Positions 51,025 to 64,000 of a stretch of 64,000 nt of DNA are shown here, piece by piece (within the stretch, counting starts at the first letter, position 1; each line of letters begins with the position of its first letter). The stretch is taken from positions 68,324,001-68,388,000 of the forward strand of contig NC_043004.1 in assembly GCF_006345805.1 (NCBI RefSeq), given 5' to 3'. Source of the stretch: Octopus sinensis. Lineage: Eukaryota. A program made the translations under genes and the position numbers. The notes beneath the pieces are model-generated. The model saw nothing but the letters and a program-made list of their open reading frames with translations. It had not been told where the DNA came from and did not search any database.

Positions 51025-51326
51025 AAGAAGAAGAAGAAGAAGAAGAAGAAGAAGAAGAAGAAGAAGAAGAAGAAGAAGAAGATATAATAATTGATTCCGC
51101 AGTAGATTTTCCTCAGTATGGAATTACATGAAAATAGTAAAATAAAAGTTTATTCCACAAGTAGTAACAAAATTCAAACTTTCAAATGCGGGAATTATAT
51201 TTGCATCACCCTACAGTCTATTATTTATCTGCAAACACACACGCACGCACGCACACACCTGACACACGCATCTATAAATATACCCATACACATAAAACAT
51301 TAATATGTATTTGGGTGTGTGTGTAT

Positions 51327-51358
<32 letters not shown>

Positions 51359-51765
51359 CGTGTATATATATATATATGCATATAAATACACACATATATA
51401 CACATACATTCACACACTACACACACACACATACATACACACACAAATATATATATATTTATATATATGTATATAGGTTGGAGGTGTACTTGTATGTACA
51501 TACGCAAATATTCAATTGTCTAGGAGCATGTGAGTATGACATACGAGTCTGCTTGTATCGTATCTAGATCATAGAATTTCCACTATGTTGAAAATCAACG
51601 TAACAAATGAATAATTTAATGGCGCATATATTTCACCACCAACACCAGCAACAACAAGAACATCCATCACAAACGATAATTCCACCATTGCTGCTACTAC
51701 CGGTAGCAACTCTAACATCACATCAACACCTCCACCTAACACCGAAAAATCTCTTTCATCATATG
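50507..51765. repeat. Diverged inverted repeat pair (50507-50725 / ~51540-51765) around a microsatellite spacer
   Basis: Shared blocks GAGTCTG..TG..GTATCGTATCTAGA, CCACTATGT, GAATAATTTAATGG(G/C)GCATATATTTCA and CCGAAAAAT.T.TTTCA. Confidence 0.7.
50880..51085. repeat. Compound (AAT)n-(AAC)n-(AAG)n microsatellite
   Basis: Directly visible. Confidence 0.96.
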
Positions 51766-52249
51766 AAATTATGCAAACATCAAGTATAAGGAAAACGGTT
51801 GAACCTTGAATATATCTGTCAACAATGACAACAAGGCGAACTGCCCAATAATTTCAACATGCAATGAATTACTTAATTTCCCCATTCTTCTATCTTCTCT
51901 ACGATCATAGAGTGAACAAAATGACGACACTTGTGTAATCTGGCAACTCTCCTATTTGGTTTCATCATAGCTTCTCACGTCTCTTGCTTTCTTTTTCTCA
52001 CTTCTTTTTCTTTCATTCCACTCTCTCTCTCTCACTCTCTCTCTCTCACACACTCTCTCTCTAGCTCTGTCTCTCTCAATCTATCTGTGTCTATCTCCCT
52101 CTCCCTAAAGCGCTCTCTCTCTCTCTCTCTCTCACGCTTACTCTGATCTCTCAGTATTTGGTATACTTTACATAACACCATAAGGCATGTAAGCTTCGTT
52201 TTACGATTTGGCATCCTGCCCTTATATAATCTTGTGTGAGTTATGAATA

Positions 52250-52332
52250 TGTATATATATCTACATTTGCATACATACACACACCAATATATATATATTT
52301 ATATATATACAGATATATATGTATATATATAG

Positions 52333-52366
<34 letters not shown>

Positions 52367-52412
52367 ATATATATATATATTATATATATATATAATATAA
52401 TATATATAATAT

Positions 52413-52500
<88 letters not shown>

Positions 52501-52954
52501 CTATAATATGTATATACATATTCTACATATTCGTGTACACACGTAAGCACATCAGTAAAGACAGAAACATACAGATGTACGTTAACACATTTATATATCA
52601 ATGCTAGCATTCTACGCCAACATACAAGCTTTAGTATAGATACATAAAGGCACACACACACACACACACACGTAGAAACGCACCAACACAAACGCAGGCA
52701 GAAAAAAACAACGTATATATATATTATAAATATATATGTGTATATATATATATATATACATATAGAGATAAATACATACACACATACACATATATATACG
52801 TATACATACGTACAGATATATATATATATACATATAAATATATATACATACATATATATATATATAATATTATATATATATATATATATGCATACATATA
52901 ACTATTCATACATATGTATATATATTGATATACATACATGTATATATACATATT

Positions 52955-52992
<38 letters not shown>

Positions 52993-53271
52993 TACATATA
53001 ACTATTCATACATATGTATATTATTGATATACATACATGTATATATACATATTATATACATATATATATATATATGGGTACATATATATACATAGGTGTA
53101 TATATAGATGTAGATATTATATATATATATATATATATGCATACATATAACTATTCATACATATGTATATATATTGATATACATACATGTATATATACAT
53201 ATTTATATACATATATATATATATATATATATGGGTACATATATATACATAGGTGTATATATAGATGTAGA

Positions 53272-53330
<59 letters not shown>

Positions 53331-53484
53331 TATATATATGCATATAAATACACACATATATACACATACATATATATATATACATATATACATATAAATA
53401 CATATATACATATATACACATACATATAGATATATGCATATATACATATATATAGATATATATATATATATAATATATATATAT

Positions 53485-53533
<49 letters not shown>

Positions 53534-53557
53534 CATACATACATATATATATATATT

Positions 53558-53597
<40 letters not shown>

Positions 53598-53610
53598 TAT
53601 GTAAGCATGT
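52250..53610. repeat. Complex (TA)/(GATA)/(CA) microsatellite field with higher-order units
   Basis: ATGCATACATATAACTATTCATACATATGTAT recurs at ~52888, ~52989 and ~53137. Confidence 0.9.
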
Positions 53611-54177
53611 ATCACTATACATTCTCAAACAATCATAGGCATGCAAACACACACACACACACATATTCTGATATCGCTTCTTTGCCAGTTCCTTCATGTA
53701 TAAGACAGTAAAAATGAAAAATAGTTGTAGGCAAAGTTATCGACCCCTGATGGTCTGTAATTAATGGTTACTTTTGACAGGTAGACTTCTTGGCTACTTT
53801 TAATTTTATGGTAAAATAGCGATTGGGCATATCATGCCTTATCAAGAAACACCGGGGACTTCTCTTACCTCGTTGTTCTCTTTCTCCTCTCTTTGTTTCT
53901 CTCCCTTCCTCTCTCTATCACTCTTTATTCCCTCTCTTTTTCTCTCGTGTCTGTCTCTTCTTTTTCCCCCTCTCTCTCTCTTTAACCCCTCTTTATCTCC
54001 CTCTCTCAATCCCTGTAGCTTAATGTTCCGAATCTACAGGCGTTACTGAAAGCGGACCTTTGTGTCCTAATGTAAAGAACCAAGATTCGTGTTTTTCGTT
54101 AGAAAAGCTACAACAGTGGTTTGCCTGTTACCATTTTCTTGTTTATTTACAGATAATTCTGCAAATCTCCTGCTATT

Positions 54178-54310
54178 TTGAGACATCTTTAAGGCACCTA
54201 TCTGAGACATCCTTAAGGCACCTATTTGAGACATTCTTGAGACACCTATTTAGATATCCTCGAGGTACCTATTTAGATATCCTTAAGGCAGCTATTTAAA
54301 CTTCACCTAT
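54178..54310. repeat. 23-24-bp minisatellite, ~5 units
   Basis: TGAGACATCTTTAAGGCACCTATC / TGAGACATCCTTAAGGCACCTATT / TGAGACATTCTTGAGACACCTATT / TAGATATCCTCGAGGTACCTATT / TAGATATCCTTAAGGCAGCTATT. Confidence 0.85.
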
Positions 54311-54786
54311 TTAAATCCCAAAACGAAGAGAGACTATTTCGTGTGATATGAGGGGCTTACGTTGCAAATGTCTTTGGATTAACATTCGCTAGACTTTTGT
54401 TCATCTTAGCAACAGGATAAACTCCTGAAATTTCACCTGTAAAAAGAGACCTTCAAAATTACAGATCAAAAACATGTTGCGAACCTGAGTGGGCTTGGGA
54501 GTTTTGGTAACTGAGAAGGCAACAAAACTTATGGCCAAACTCCTGAGTTGGAATCTTACCACCGGATGGTTTTTTATGTCTTCCTGAGGACCGGCAAATT
54601 AGTTTGCAGTGAATACTCTCGAAGGATATCAGTATCGCACTTGGTACTCTTTGAGGATTTAGTACACGATTCGTGAATTTTTGACTTTAGGGAATTATTG
54701 TCATTATAATCAGTTGTTATCGTTTAACTTCGTTTGAGACATGATCAAACATGTGCATATATATATATATATATAATATATATTAT

Positions 54787-54854
<68 letters not shown>

Positions 54855-55429
54855 ATATATATGTATATATATTATATATATATAATATATATATATATGT
54901 ATATATATTTATATCATCGCCACCATCATCACCACCATCTTCTCCTTCTCCTCCTTCTTCTTCTTCTTCTTCTTCTTCATCATCATCGTTATCATCATCA
55001 TCGTCGTCATAATCATCACCACCATCACCATCATCGTCATCTTCTCCTTCTCCTTCTTCTTCTTCTTCTTCTTCTTCTTCTCCACCCCCTACCCCTTAAG
55101 TTTGTCACTAATGTTTTTTAGTATAACACCTACGCTAATTCTATAAAGAAGCCTGTCAATATAAATATTCTCCTGAATTGAACTGAGACTGCCAGCCGCC
55201 ACTGACCATTCAAAATACGACCATCAGGGCACTCCCAGATTCTCCCACCCCCCTTTCCTCACCAGCCTTCTCTCTACTACCCTACCAAGAGCTCACAACT
55301 ACCTCGAACACACAAGTGCAAACAAGGGAGTCAGAGAAAGGCAGAATGCCACTTAAATCTGAACACTACTATAGAAATATTCTTTTAAAAAAACTTTTCT
55401 TCTAATTTTCTAATTTAATTATTTAATCG

Positions 55430-55473
55430 TTACAGTTGAAAAGGTCTCAAAATGACCGAAACCGGTACTGAAA
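55430..55473 (+). ncRNA. Minimal type I hammerhead ribozyme with a U3-A8 covariant core
   Basis: TTACAG TTGAAAA GGTC tcaaaat GACC GAAA CCGGT A CTGAAA: stem I CAG/CTG, stem II GGTC/GACC, palindromic stem III ACCGGT, GUA triplet ending at 55467. Confidence 0.7.
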
Positions 55474-55530
55474 TGTTCACTATAAAATTATTTTAGCATT
55501 TTCTATTTTTTACTTGTTTTTTCATATATA

Positions 55531-55569
<39 letters not shown>

Positions 55570-57428
55570 AATATATATATATATGTGCGTGTGTATGTAT
55601 ACATAAGTATACAGATATATGAAGAATATGTGTGATTGTTTGTGTGTGTGTGTGATTGCGTATATGTGAGTGTTTGTATCCATTTATGTACGTATACATA
55701 CCTAAAAGAGGGGGATGCATGGAGACAGAAAAGAATTAGAAATATAACAGATATCTGTTAAACGTGAATACATTTGTATGAACACAGTACATTCACACAC
55801 ACACACACACACACAAGCATACATGATTAGACACTCTTACACACAAGTAAAGTGTGATGTGTGTTGAGAGTTACACACTGAGGTGAACACACGGAGGATC
55901 ATAGGCCGAGAAACACAAATACTAACAGGGAGAAAGAGCAGAGGGGTGTCTCAATATTTATATACAAACATACATGATATAGTTATGGATGTATGTATAT
56001 GGGCATAATTATATATGGTATGTGTATATCTTTGCGCATATATACAAACATACGCACATACACACATCCGTGTCTGTGAAAAGCTTTATGCTTGCAGCCG
56101 TAACTATAAGGTTCTTTTATCAAATATTTTACCCGTTGAGTCATATATCTATTGTCCAAAAATAGTAGACAATATCAAATAAAAAATACATAAAAAGAAA
56201 TAAATCTAATCAGGAAAAAAAACATATGAAAGAAAAAATAAACATCAGACAAATATAAAACACTCTGATCATTCGTTTTTACCAATTTTTATTATTGTTT
56301 TTGCCGCCAATGGAAAATCGAAGACTTAATTTCAAACTTGAGCAATTTCATTACCCATAGTTCAATATTCTTTGCCATGGAATTATATATTCTTCAAACT
56401 TCGTATTTTTTTCTATAAGTTTTTTCTAAAGCATTATAAATTTTCTTTCGCTGGGAAAAAATTAACTGGATGTTTTGAGAAATTTCTCCCTCAAAAGAGT
56501 AAGGGAATACAATTTTTCCATAAATTCATATTTTATATCTTTATTTATACTCTATTTTCTTTTTATTTATCTTTATAATTTATTTATATTTAATATTATT
56601 ATTCTTGCATTCAAGAAATTTTACATCCCATAACCTGAGAAAAAAAAGCATTTAACATAAGATTATATTGAATTCTCTCAGAATAGAAAAAATGCATAAT
56701 TCATGCTTTTAAGAAATTTATGGATTTTAGGAGAATTTAGTATTATATTATGGGAATTATAGATGAATATGATCATAATGCATCTTACTGGCTGCTGTCA
56801 TGTTTAGTTTGATAATGCTAGCGTGTGCTGTTTGCTTTCAATATACTATATTGAATACGGAACTATATTTTCAAAAGAAAGTGAAGTATAGAAAACTATA
56901 CACTTAGTGAGTTGTGATTATTTTCAATACTCACTGTTCAGAGGAGCAGATTTCTCCAGCAGGGAATGATTCACATAGAAAGTCATCAGTTTTATAAAGG
57001 AATATATGCTGCAATTACGTTAAAAAGCAGGGAACGCTACAATGAATGGACGATTTTCATAAATGCTGTTTAATGTAGTATAGCTGTTCGTTGGCAGGAG
57101 TTTTACAAACAATCATTAAACTTACAAGTCTCCAGCATACAGAACATTTTAAAGTATTTTTATATAAAATAAATACAGTTCGATAAGGTGATGACACTGA
57201 GGGAGGTAATAGCAATGATCCAGCACAATAGATGTTCAAATACAAGCAAATCCAACTGAATTAAGGGTCTATTGTTCATAGACGTTCACCGCAGGTACAC
57301 TTAAGTAGTTAAGTTCACAGACTTCGATCGAAAGTAACCGAGGTTGTCTCAGTACCGCCCCACAGCTCTCTGTCCCTTACAAGCTATTGGGTTCTCGGTT
57401 TCTTGTCTAACTTTGCCAATAGCATTAA

Positions 57429-57480
57429 TGCAGTTTTTGTCCTATTTTAGGCTGCAGCCTAAAATAGGACAAAAGCTGCA
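57429..57480. repeat. 52-bp spacerless palindrome (one mismatch)
   Basis: TGCAGTTTTTGTCCTATTTTAGGCTG|CAGCCTAAAATAGGACAAAAGCTGCA. Confidence 0.95.
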
Positions 57481-57959
57481 TTATTGTTTTTCCTGATTAG
57501 TTTTATTTCTTTTTATACATTTTTAATTTGATATTGTCTACTATTTTGAGACAATAGATATATGACCCAGCGGGTAAAATATAATTAATTGATAACATCT
57601 TTTGTTCAATGTGATAGAAATGGCCAGCGAATTCTTGATTAATGTTAACAGTGATGGGTTGTATGTGGCCATAAATCTTTTCTTTCATCTTTTTTCACGC
57701 CATGAGATATTTTTGTCGTCATAAACAGCCCGTTCAAGGATCATAATGGCAGGCTTCAAACTCGTACTTTATAATCCATGCTCTGTTCGATAAAAAAATG
57801 GTGTCGTTGTCTAGTACACTTGTGTAACTAGAAAAAAACTAGTCTCTGATAAGAAAAGGATTTCTAAAGACTTCTCTTTCCGGCTTAAACATCAACCACA
57901 CATAACCTCCGTCATTGTTCCTTGAAATTATTTTTCTTATAAATGTTTCAGTAATTAGA

Positions 57960-58485
57960 CTGCGCCTAAGCTGGAGCACTACCGTCAGGAATTTGTAGTC
58001 TAATGAATAGACCCCGAAACGATGAAAGGCAAAGTCGACCTCGACGGAATTTGAACTCAGAACGTAGCGGCAGACGAAATACCTATTTCTTTACTATCCA
58101 CAAGGGGCTAAACACAGAGAGGACAAATAAGGACAGAAAAACGGATTAAGTCGATTATATCGACCCCAGTGCGTAACTGGTACTTATTTAATTTACCCTG
58201 AAAGAATGAAAGGCAAAGTCAACCTCGACGGAATTTGAACTCGGATCGAAGCGGCAGACGAAATACCTATTTCTTTACTACCCACAAGGGGCTAAAAATA
58301 GAGAAGACAAACGGATTAAGTCGATTACATCGACCCCAGTGCGTAACTGGTACTTAATTTATCGACACCGAAAAGATGAAAGGCAAAGTCGACCTCGGCG
58401 GAATTTGAACTCAGAACGTAACGGCACACGAAATACGACTACGCATTTCGCCCGGCGTGCTTACACTTCTGCCAGCTCGCCGACT
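57960..58485 (-). mobile_element. Family M SINE, trimeric
   Basis: Junction CCTATTTCTTTACTA at 58082 and 58266; full head at the 58485 end. Confidence 0.88.
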
Positions 58486-59527
58486 TACAGGTTATTCACT
58501 ATATCGATTTCAAATTTCGGCACCAGACCAGTATCTTGGGGGTAGGAGTAAGTGGCTGACATCGAGCCCAGGTATTCAACTGGTTCTTATTTTATCGACC
58601 TCAAAACATTAATGGGTAAATTCGACCCCAGCGGTGTTTCAAGTCAAAGCGAAAAAGTTCTCAGAAATACTGCTGGTCATTTTTGTCCAGCGGGGTAATA
58701 ATTGTGCCAGCATTCCAACTTATTATTCATTACATTAAGATTACATTTCACGAGTCGACATTCACATGTATTATAATCATAGGGAATATAGAATCCCATG
58801 AAAGGAACTATTGTTCATTCTACATGAGTGGAAAGATGTTCCAGTAACTAAAGGTTCGGATTGCATACATTAAAATAGCAGGGAAGAATTATCGATTTCA
58901 TCTATAGAAGATTTAATGTTGGACGTACTTTAGAATTTTGGATGGTGTCCATATCTCGTCAGCTTCAATGGAGGTAGTATTTAAATAATGACTTCTACTT
59001 GACTAATTAAACTTGGATTGTCAAATAACGAAATGCAAATCTATTTACAAAAGCGTTATATTCACACAGTTTCTTTTCTCTCCCACACTCTGTTTTGTTA
59101 ATATTTAATACTCATAAGACGCACTCCTTAAAGGGGCACGTACTTATACGTTGAATGTGTATTAATTATGAATAGGGTAAGAGTGGACTTATATGAAGTT
59201 TCGGTTCTCAGTTTAAGCTATTTGTATTAATCATAAATTTCATCGTAGCTCTTGTTTGACAGTGCTACCATTGTCCTTTCATATCTTTCGCGGATTCCAG
59301 TCTATTGCAAGAATTTATGTCAAGACTATTGTCTGAACTAGAAGACTTGTTTTTCTCCTCTGGCTCATCGGTGTATGAGAACCTGCAAAAAGGCAATCGG
59401 TTCTGTCTTTCTTTCGTTGACTAAACCAAAGAAAATTTACGATGGTATTCAGAATATCATATGCTGTATACATGTGCGTGTGATGAGAGGGACTGGAAAG
59501 CAGACACAAGACCGACGGAATGTATTC

Positions 59528-59568
<41 letters not shown>

Positions 59569-60426
59569 TATATATATATATATTAATTATGATAATAATA
59601 ATATTAGGGAACACACACACACACACATACACACACACACATGTATATATATACGTGTATGCGTGCGTATAATTTTAATGGATTCCCCCTGTACATACTA
59701 ACTCACATAAACAGACATGCATACGTACCTATATAAATTTCTAATATAAAATACGCATTCAGAGAATCGTGTAGCTGTCACATTTTATGGACTCGGCTAA
59801 CAGTCCACATAGTAATCCAATGCTGATAAATGTAGATACATACAATTTGTTTGGTTAGTTGGCTGACAGTCTGGTTGGACCGATCGATATATTGATTGAT
59901 TGACTTGGGTGGATGTATAGATGCACCTTCAGGCCCAATGCAAGATTTTGGTGTCTGGGGTTGCTTCAGAATATTCTGGGTGGTCACTAATTTGTGGTAA
60001 TGCTAAAGTGGAGATTCAAAATGACTGTATCACTGTAAATCTGAGGGTGCACCATTGAATAGCGAGGGGGAAGTGCCCTCGAGTGCAACCCCGTTAGCGA
60101 TGGGCATGTGTTCGTTTCAGATATGTTTGAATTATTCGCAAAATTCAAGCTTGTCACTAAGGAAAGACAAGTTTTACTTTTATGCTCGAGAGTAAATTAT
60201 ATCAGAGATTAGTGAATGTGCGAATGAGTTTAGTGCGTGCATGTATTAAGATGCATTTGCGGACGTAGTAGTGGACTTTTGCAGAGATGTAAATACTTCA
60301 AATGCCGTTAAATGCACGTGACTTTTGCTCCCAACAAAGCAATTTCTTGGATGCTATCATTTTAAATGTCCAAAATTCAGTGAATTCATTTCATTGTATT
60401 TGTTTTAGGAATTAAAAATAAACTCA

Positions 60427-60797
60427 GGCGTGGTGGTGTGGTAATAAGTTTGCTTCTCAACCACGTCGTTCCGGGTTCAGTCCCGCTGCGTGGCACTTCG
60501 GGCAAGTGTATTTCTACTACAACCTGGAGTCGAATAAAGCTCTGTATGTATTTATGTTTTTGGGGCGTATATATATAAGGGTAAGTCTGTGTGTCTATGT
60601 TTCACCCCTACCATGACTTGACTAAGGGTGTTGGTGTGTTTATGTCCACGTATGTTAGCTGTTAGGCAAAAGAGGCTGATGGAATAAGTACAGGCTTTAA
60701 AAAAAATAAGTATTAAGATTGATTTATCCGACAAATAACTCTTCAAGGTGATGCACTAGCATGGCCGCTGTCTAATGACTGAAACAAGAAATAGATA
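60427..60797 (+). mobile_element. Family C SINE, diverged
   Basis: GGCGTGGTGGTGTGGTAATAAG...GGGTTCAGTCCC...GGGCAAGTG...GCATGGCCGCTGTCTAATGACTGAAACAAG. Confidence 0.8.
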
Positions 60798-61259
60798 AGG
60801 TGAGACACTAATGCTACCTTTCACGGTTACATGTAAAGAGAGACGGCGAGCGAGACCGCATCTTCTGCTGCCTGCATTTGCTCCATATAGCGACGCGATG
60901 ATATCTCATATTTTGTATGTAATGTCACCCCTATGTCCTAGATAATGGGTCCTTGGCGCGCGTGTGCCACGGACTGAGGAGTGTTGAATACAATCTTCAC
61001 CACTATTGTTGGTAGATCTACTCTGATCTGAAGTTGTAGCATCTGTCGAGTTTACAGCTTTAGATGGATTAGTATTTCACCAAATTCCTTCCGGAAAATA
61101 TTCGCTTAGGGACACTCTAACGAATAGGAGCAGATGAGTCCTTTTAGCTGCTTAGCTGTTCATCTAAAAGAATGTAACTTAATACAATCCTGCATCCTGA
61201 AAACTACAGGATATGGGGCTCAACACAATCGATTCCCACTATAATAATAATTTCAACGT

Positions 61260-61630
61260 ATGACACAGGCCCAGCAGGTTTGGAGGAGGAGCTAAGTAGA
61301 TTAACTGGTACTTATTTTATCAACAAAGAGAATATGAAATCAAGCTCAACCTCTGCGAAATGATTTAAACTCAGAGCATAAAGACAGACGAAATACCTAT
61401 TTCTTTACTACCCACAAGGGGCTAAACAGAGCGGACAAACAAGGAGAGACAAACGGATGAAGTCGATTACATCGACCCCAGTGCGTTACTGGTACTTATT
61501 TATTCAACCCCGAAAGGATGAAAGGCAAAGTCGACCTCGGCGGAATTTGAACTCAGAACGTAACGGTAAACGAAATACCACTAAGCATTTTGGTCGACGT
61601 GCTAAGAATCTTACCAACTCGCTGCCTTAA
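61260..61630 (-). mobile_element. Family M SINE, dimeric
   Basis: Junction GAAATACCTATTTCTTTACTACCCACAAGGGG at ~61396. Confidence 0.82.
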
Positions 61631-62076
61631 TGTCCAGTATAATAATAGTTATCGTGGAGCTTGTGCAGCTATTCAAGATTCAGAACCAACAATATCACAC
61701 TTCGTCATAAGTCTATTGGCAATAAGAAAAAGGAGATAGATGGTCATAGAACGATAATCGACTTTTAGCTGTGTAATTTTGAGCCTCCGTTCGTCAAAGT
61801 CAAGTACTACACCATCACGATACCACTATAACTACCAAATAACAACTCTGGCTGACACAATCTACTAAACGCTTCTTTAATGTATTTGGGTTTTGTGTCT
61901 ATTTTGGTTTCCAATTTTTGCACAAGGCCAACAATTTTCGGGAACCGGCGTCTCAATTTCATCGACTCCGGTGTCCAATAAGTATTTATTATTTTTTATC
62001 CTGGAAGGGTGAAAGGCAAACCGTCCTCAGCGAATTTGAACTTAGAATGTAAAGACAGACGAAATGTGGAGCATTC

Positions 62077-62398
62077 TTCCCGGCGTGCTAACGACTCTGC
62101 CAGCTCTCCGCTTTTATAATGATTTTAAATGTAGTTACAGGACCCCAACTGGCACTTATTATATCGACCCGAGAAGGGTGATATTCGAAGTCAACCTCGG
62201 CGGCATTTGAACTCAGAACTTAAAGACTTTTCCCGGCGTGCTAACGACTCTGCCAGCTCTCCGCTTTTATAATGATTTTAAATGTAGTTACAGGACCCCA
62301 ACTGGCACTTATTATATCGACCCGAGAAGGGTGATATTCGAAGTCAACCTCGGCGGCATTTGAACTCAGAACTTAAAGACTTTTCCCGGCGTGCTAAC
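62077..62398. repeat. Perfect 153-bp tandem duplication of diverged SINE sequence
   Basis: TTCCCGGCGTGCTAAC starts at 62077, 62230 and 62383. The two full units appear identical. Confidence 0.92.
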
Positions 62399-62456
62399 AA
62401 TTCAGTCAGCTCACCATCTTGAGTTTTGTATTTATATATATATATATATATGTATA

Positions 62457-62613
62457 TGGCTGTGTGGTAAGTAACTTGCTTACCAACCACATGGTTCCGG
62501 GTTCAGTCCCACTGCGTGACACCCTGGGCAATTGTCTTCTACTATAGCCTCGGGTTGACCAAAGCCTTGTGAGTGGATTTGGTAGAAGGAAACTGAAAGA
62601 AGTCCGTCGTATG

Positions 62614-62675
<62 letters not shown>

Positions 62676-62880
62676 CGTCTGTGCCTGTGCCCCCCCCCCT
62701 ACAATATCGCTTGACAACCGCTGCTGGTGTGTTTATGTCACCGTAACTTAGCGGTTCGGCAAAACAGACCGATAGAATAAGTACTAAGCTTACAAAGAAT
62801 AAGTTCTGGAGTCGATTTCCTCGACTAAAGGCGGTGCTCCAGCATGGCCACAATCAAATGATTGAAACAAGTAAAAGAGT
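62457..62880 (+). mobile_element. Family C SINE, best-preserved complete copy
   Basis: tRNA-like head (TGGCTGTGTGGTAAG...GGGTTCAGTCCC), CORE-like CCCTGGGCAA segment, internal (TA)/(TG) microsatellite, and tail GGCGGTGCTCCAGCATGGCCACAATCAAATGATTGAAACAAGTAAAAG. Confidence 0.92.
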
Positions 62881-64000
62881 GACCGAGTAAAGAGTATTAG
62901 GAATTAAATAAACCCTTATTTTGGGTTTTGGTGCGATTTGAACTCAGATCAGGATGAGCTAAGCATTTTATCCAATACAACAAATGCGACATTGAGTAAA
63001 CTCTGTGTGACATCTCTTATTATGATTGTCATGAAAGGCATTTATAATATTGGATATATAAAATGTCGATTTTAACCATTCCGTTTTCCTTCTGCTTCTT
63101 ATAGTCTTTCGAAACATCTGTGAATTTATCCTGATGTTACATAATCAATACGATTACAAGCAAAGTAAGAATAAACGCGATGAGTCTACCACGAAGACAT
63201 TGTTTACAAATAACCGGCTTAGTGGAACTTAGAGGACGTCAATGTTGTAGTTGTTAATGCGATAAATGTCATTTCTATTCGGTCAGCTTACCCGAAGTCT
63301 CAAGCTGGTAAAATATATCTTTATTTATGGAATTTAAACTAAGCACTGAAATATCTTAGTTAAAAGCATTTGAAATCATGTAAGTGAAAATACATTGGTT
63401 AGTGACAAAGTGATGTAGACGTGTAGTTTGAGATTAAGGAAGAAAGTTCAATCCGTTGTATTCTTCTTGTCACAATAATGTAATTACAAACCCTTATTTC
63501 TCGACAGACCTTTATTTCTCGAACTTAACTAAACTCTCAGAAGTCGAAGGTAAAAATGTTTAAATCCATGTCAGTGAAAACACATATAGTGAATAAGTGG
63601 TGTAGTCGCTTAAGTCGAGACTAAGGAATGAAGCTCGAAATGTTCCGGCCTCGTACCTACAGAGGAAAGGATCATTGATCAACCGCACGAGGATGAGCAG
63701 TAAGGTCGCTGAACCTATTATCTGAGAGACATTGAAAATTACCGCATGCAATGCATAAGAAAATATGCAATTTGATTAAGAAATGAAAATGCCTGATACA
63801 TTAGTCTTTTAACCCTTTCAGGCCGGATATGAGTAGCATGTCTTTTCGTGCAGGATGCAAAAAAGAGAAAACAATACAAGATGATTATCAATCAAATAGA
63901 TTATGACGCAAATACGGCTTATATACCACAACCGTTTCCTTCACAATTTAACAGTGCGTCAATAAGCCATGCCCGTCCTTAAAGCGTTAAGTGTAGAAAA

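Noticed and set aside
62457-62530. tRNA-like heads as tRNA genes
   Set aside because: They have A/B boxes, but I could not build a complete cloverleaf with an acceptor stem, and each continues into SINE body sequence.

Overview
AT-rich, microsatellite-saturated animal genomic DNA. It is most likely an octopod cephalopod; this is inferred from the tRNA-derived SINE families and the (TA)n/(CATA)n density, and was not confirmed by a search. No host protein-coding gene can be supported, and almost all listed ORFs are translated microsatellites. The window is a transposon graveyard: a Penelope-like element (RT + C-terminal GIY-YIG) with ~944-bp inverted ends (25485-29086), a CR1/L2-group LINE (15437-18090), two RLE-type (R4/Dong-like) fragments next to (CATA)n, one Tc1 and several mariner relics, and many copies of three tRNA-derived SINE families. 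The main hidden signal is a set of type I hammerhead ribozyme motifs, read by eye, in at least six sequence-unrelated short elements. Several of these share the Penelope-style layout (inverted partial 5' copy and/or 1.1-1.3 tandem monomers of ~480-550 nt) and most lie in or beside (TA)n. One is a tRNA-headed (Pol III A/B box) element ending in a hammerhead, a candidate Penelope-dependent SINE. Another has a U3-A8 covariant core. A SINE-LINE partner 3' stem-loop with compensatory changes is also visible.
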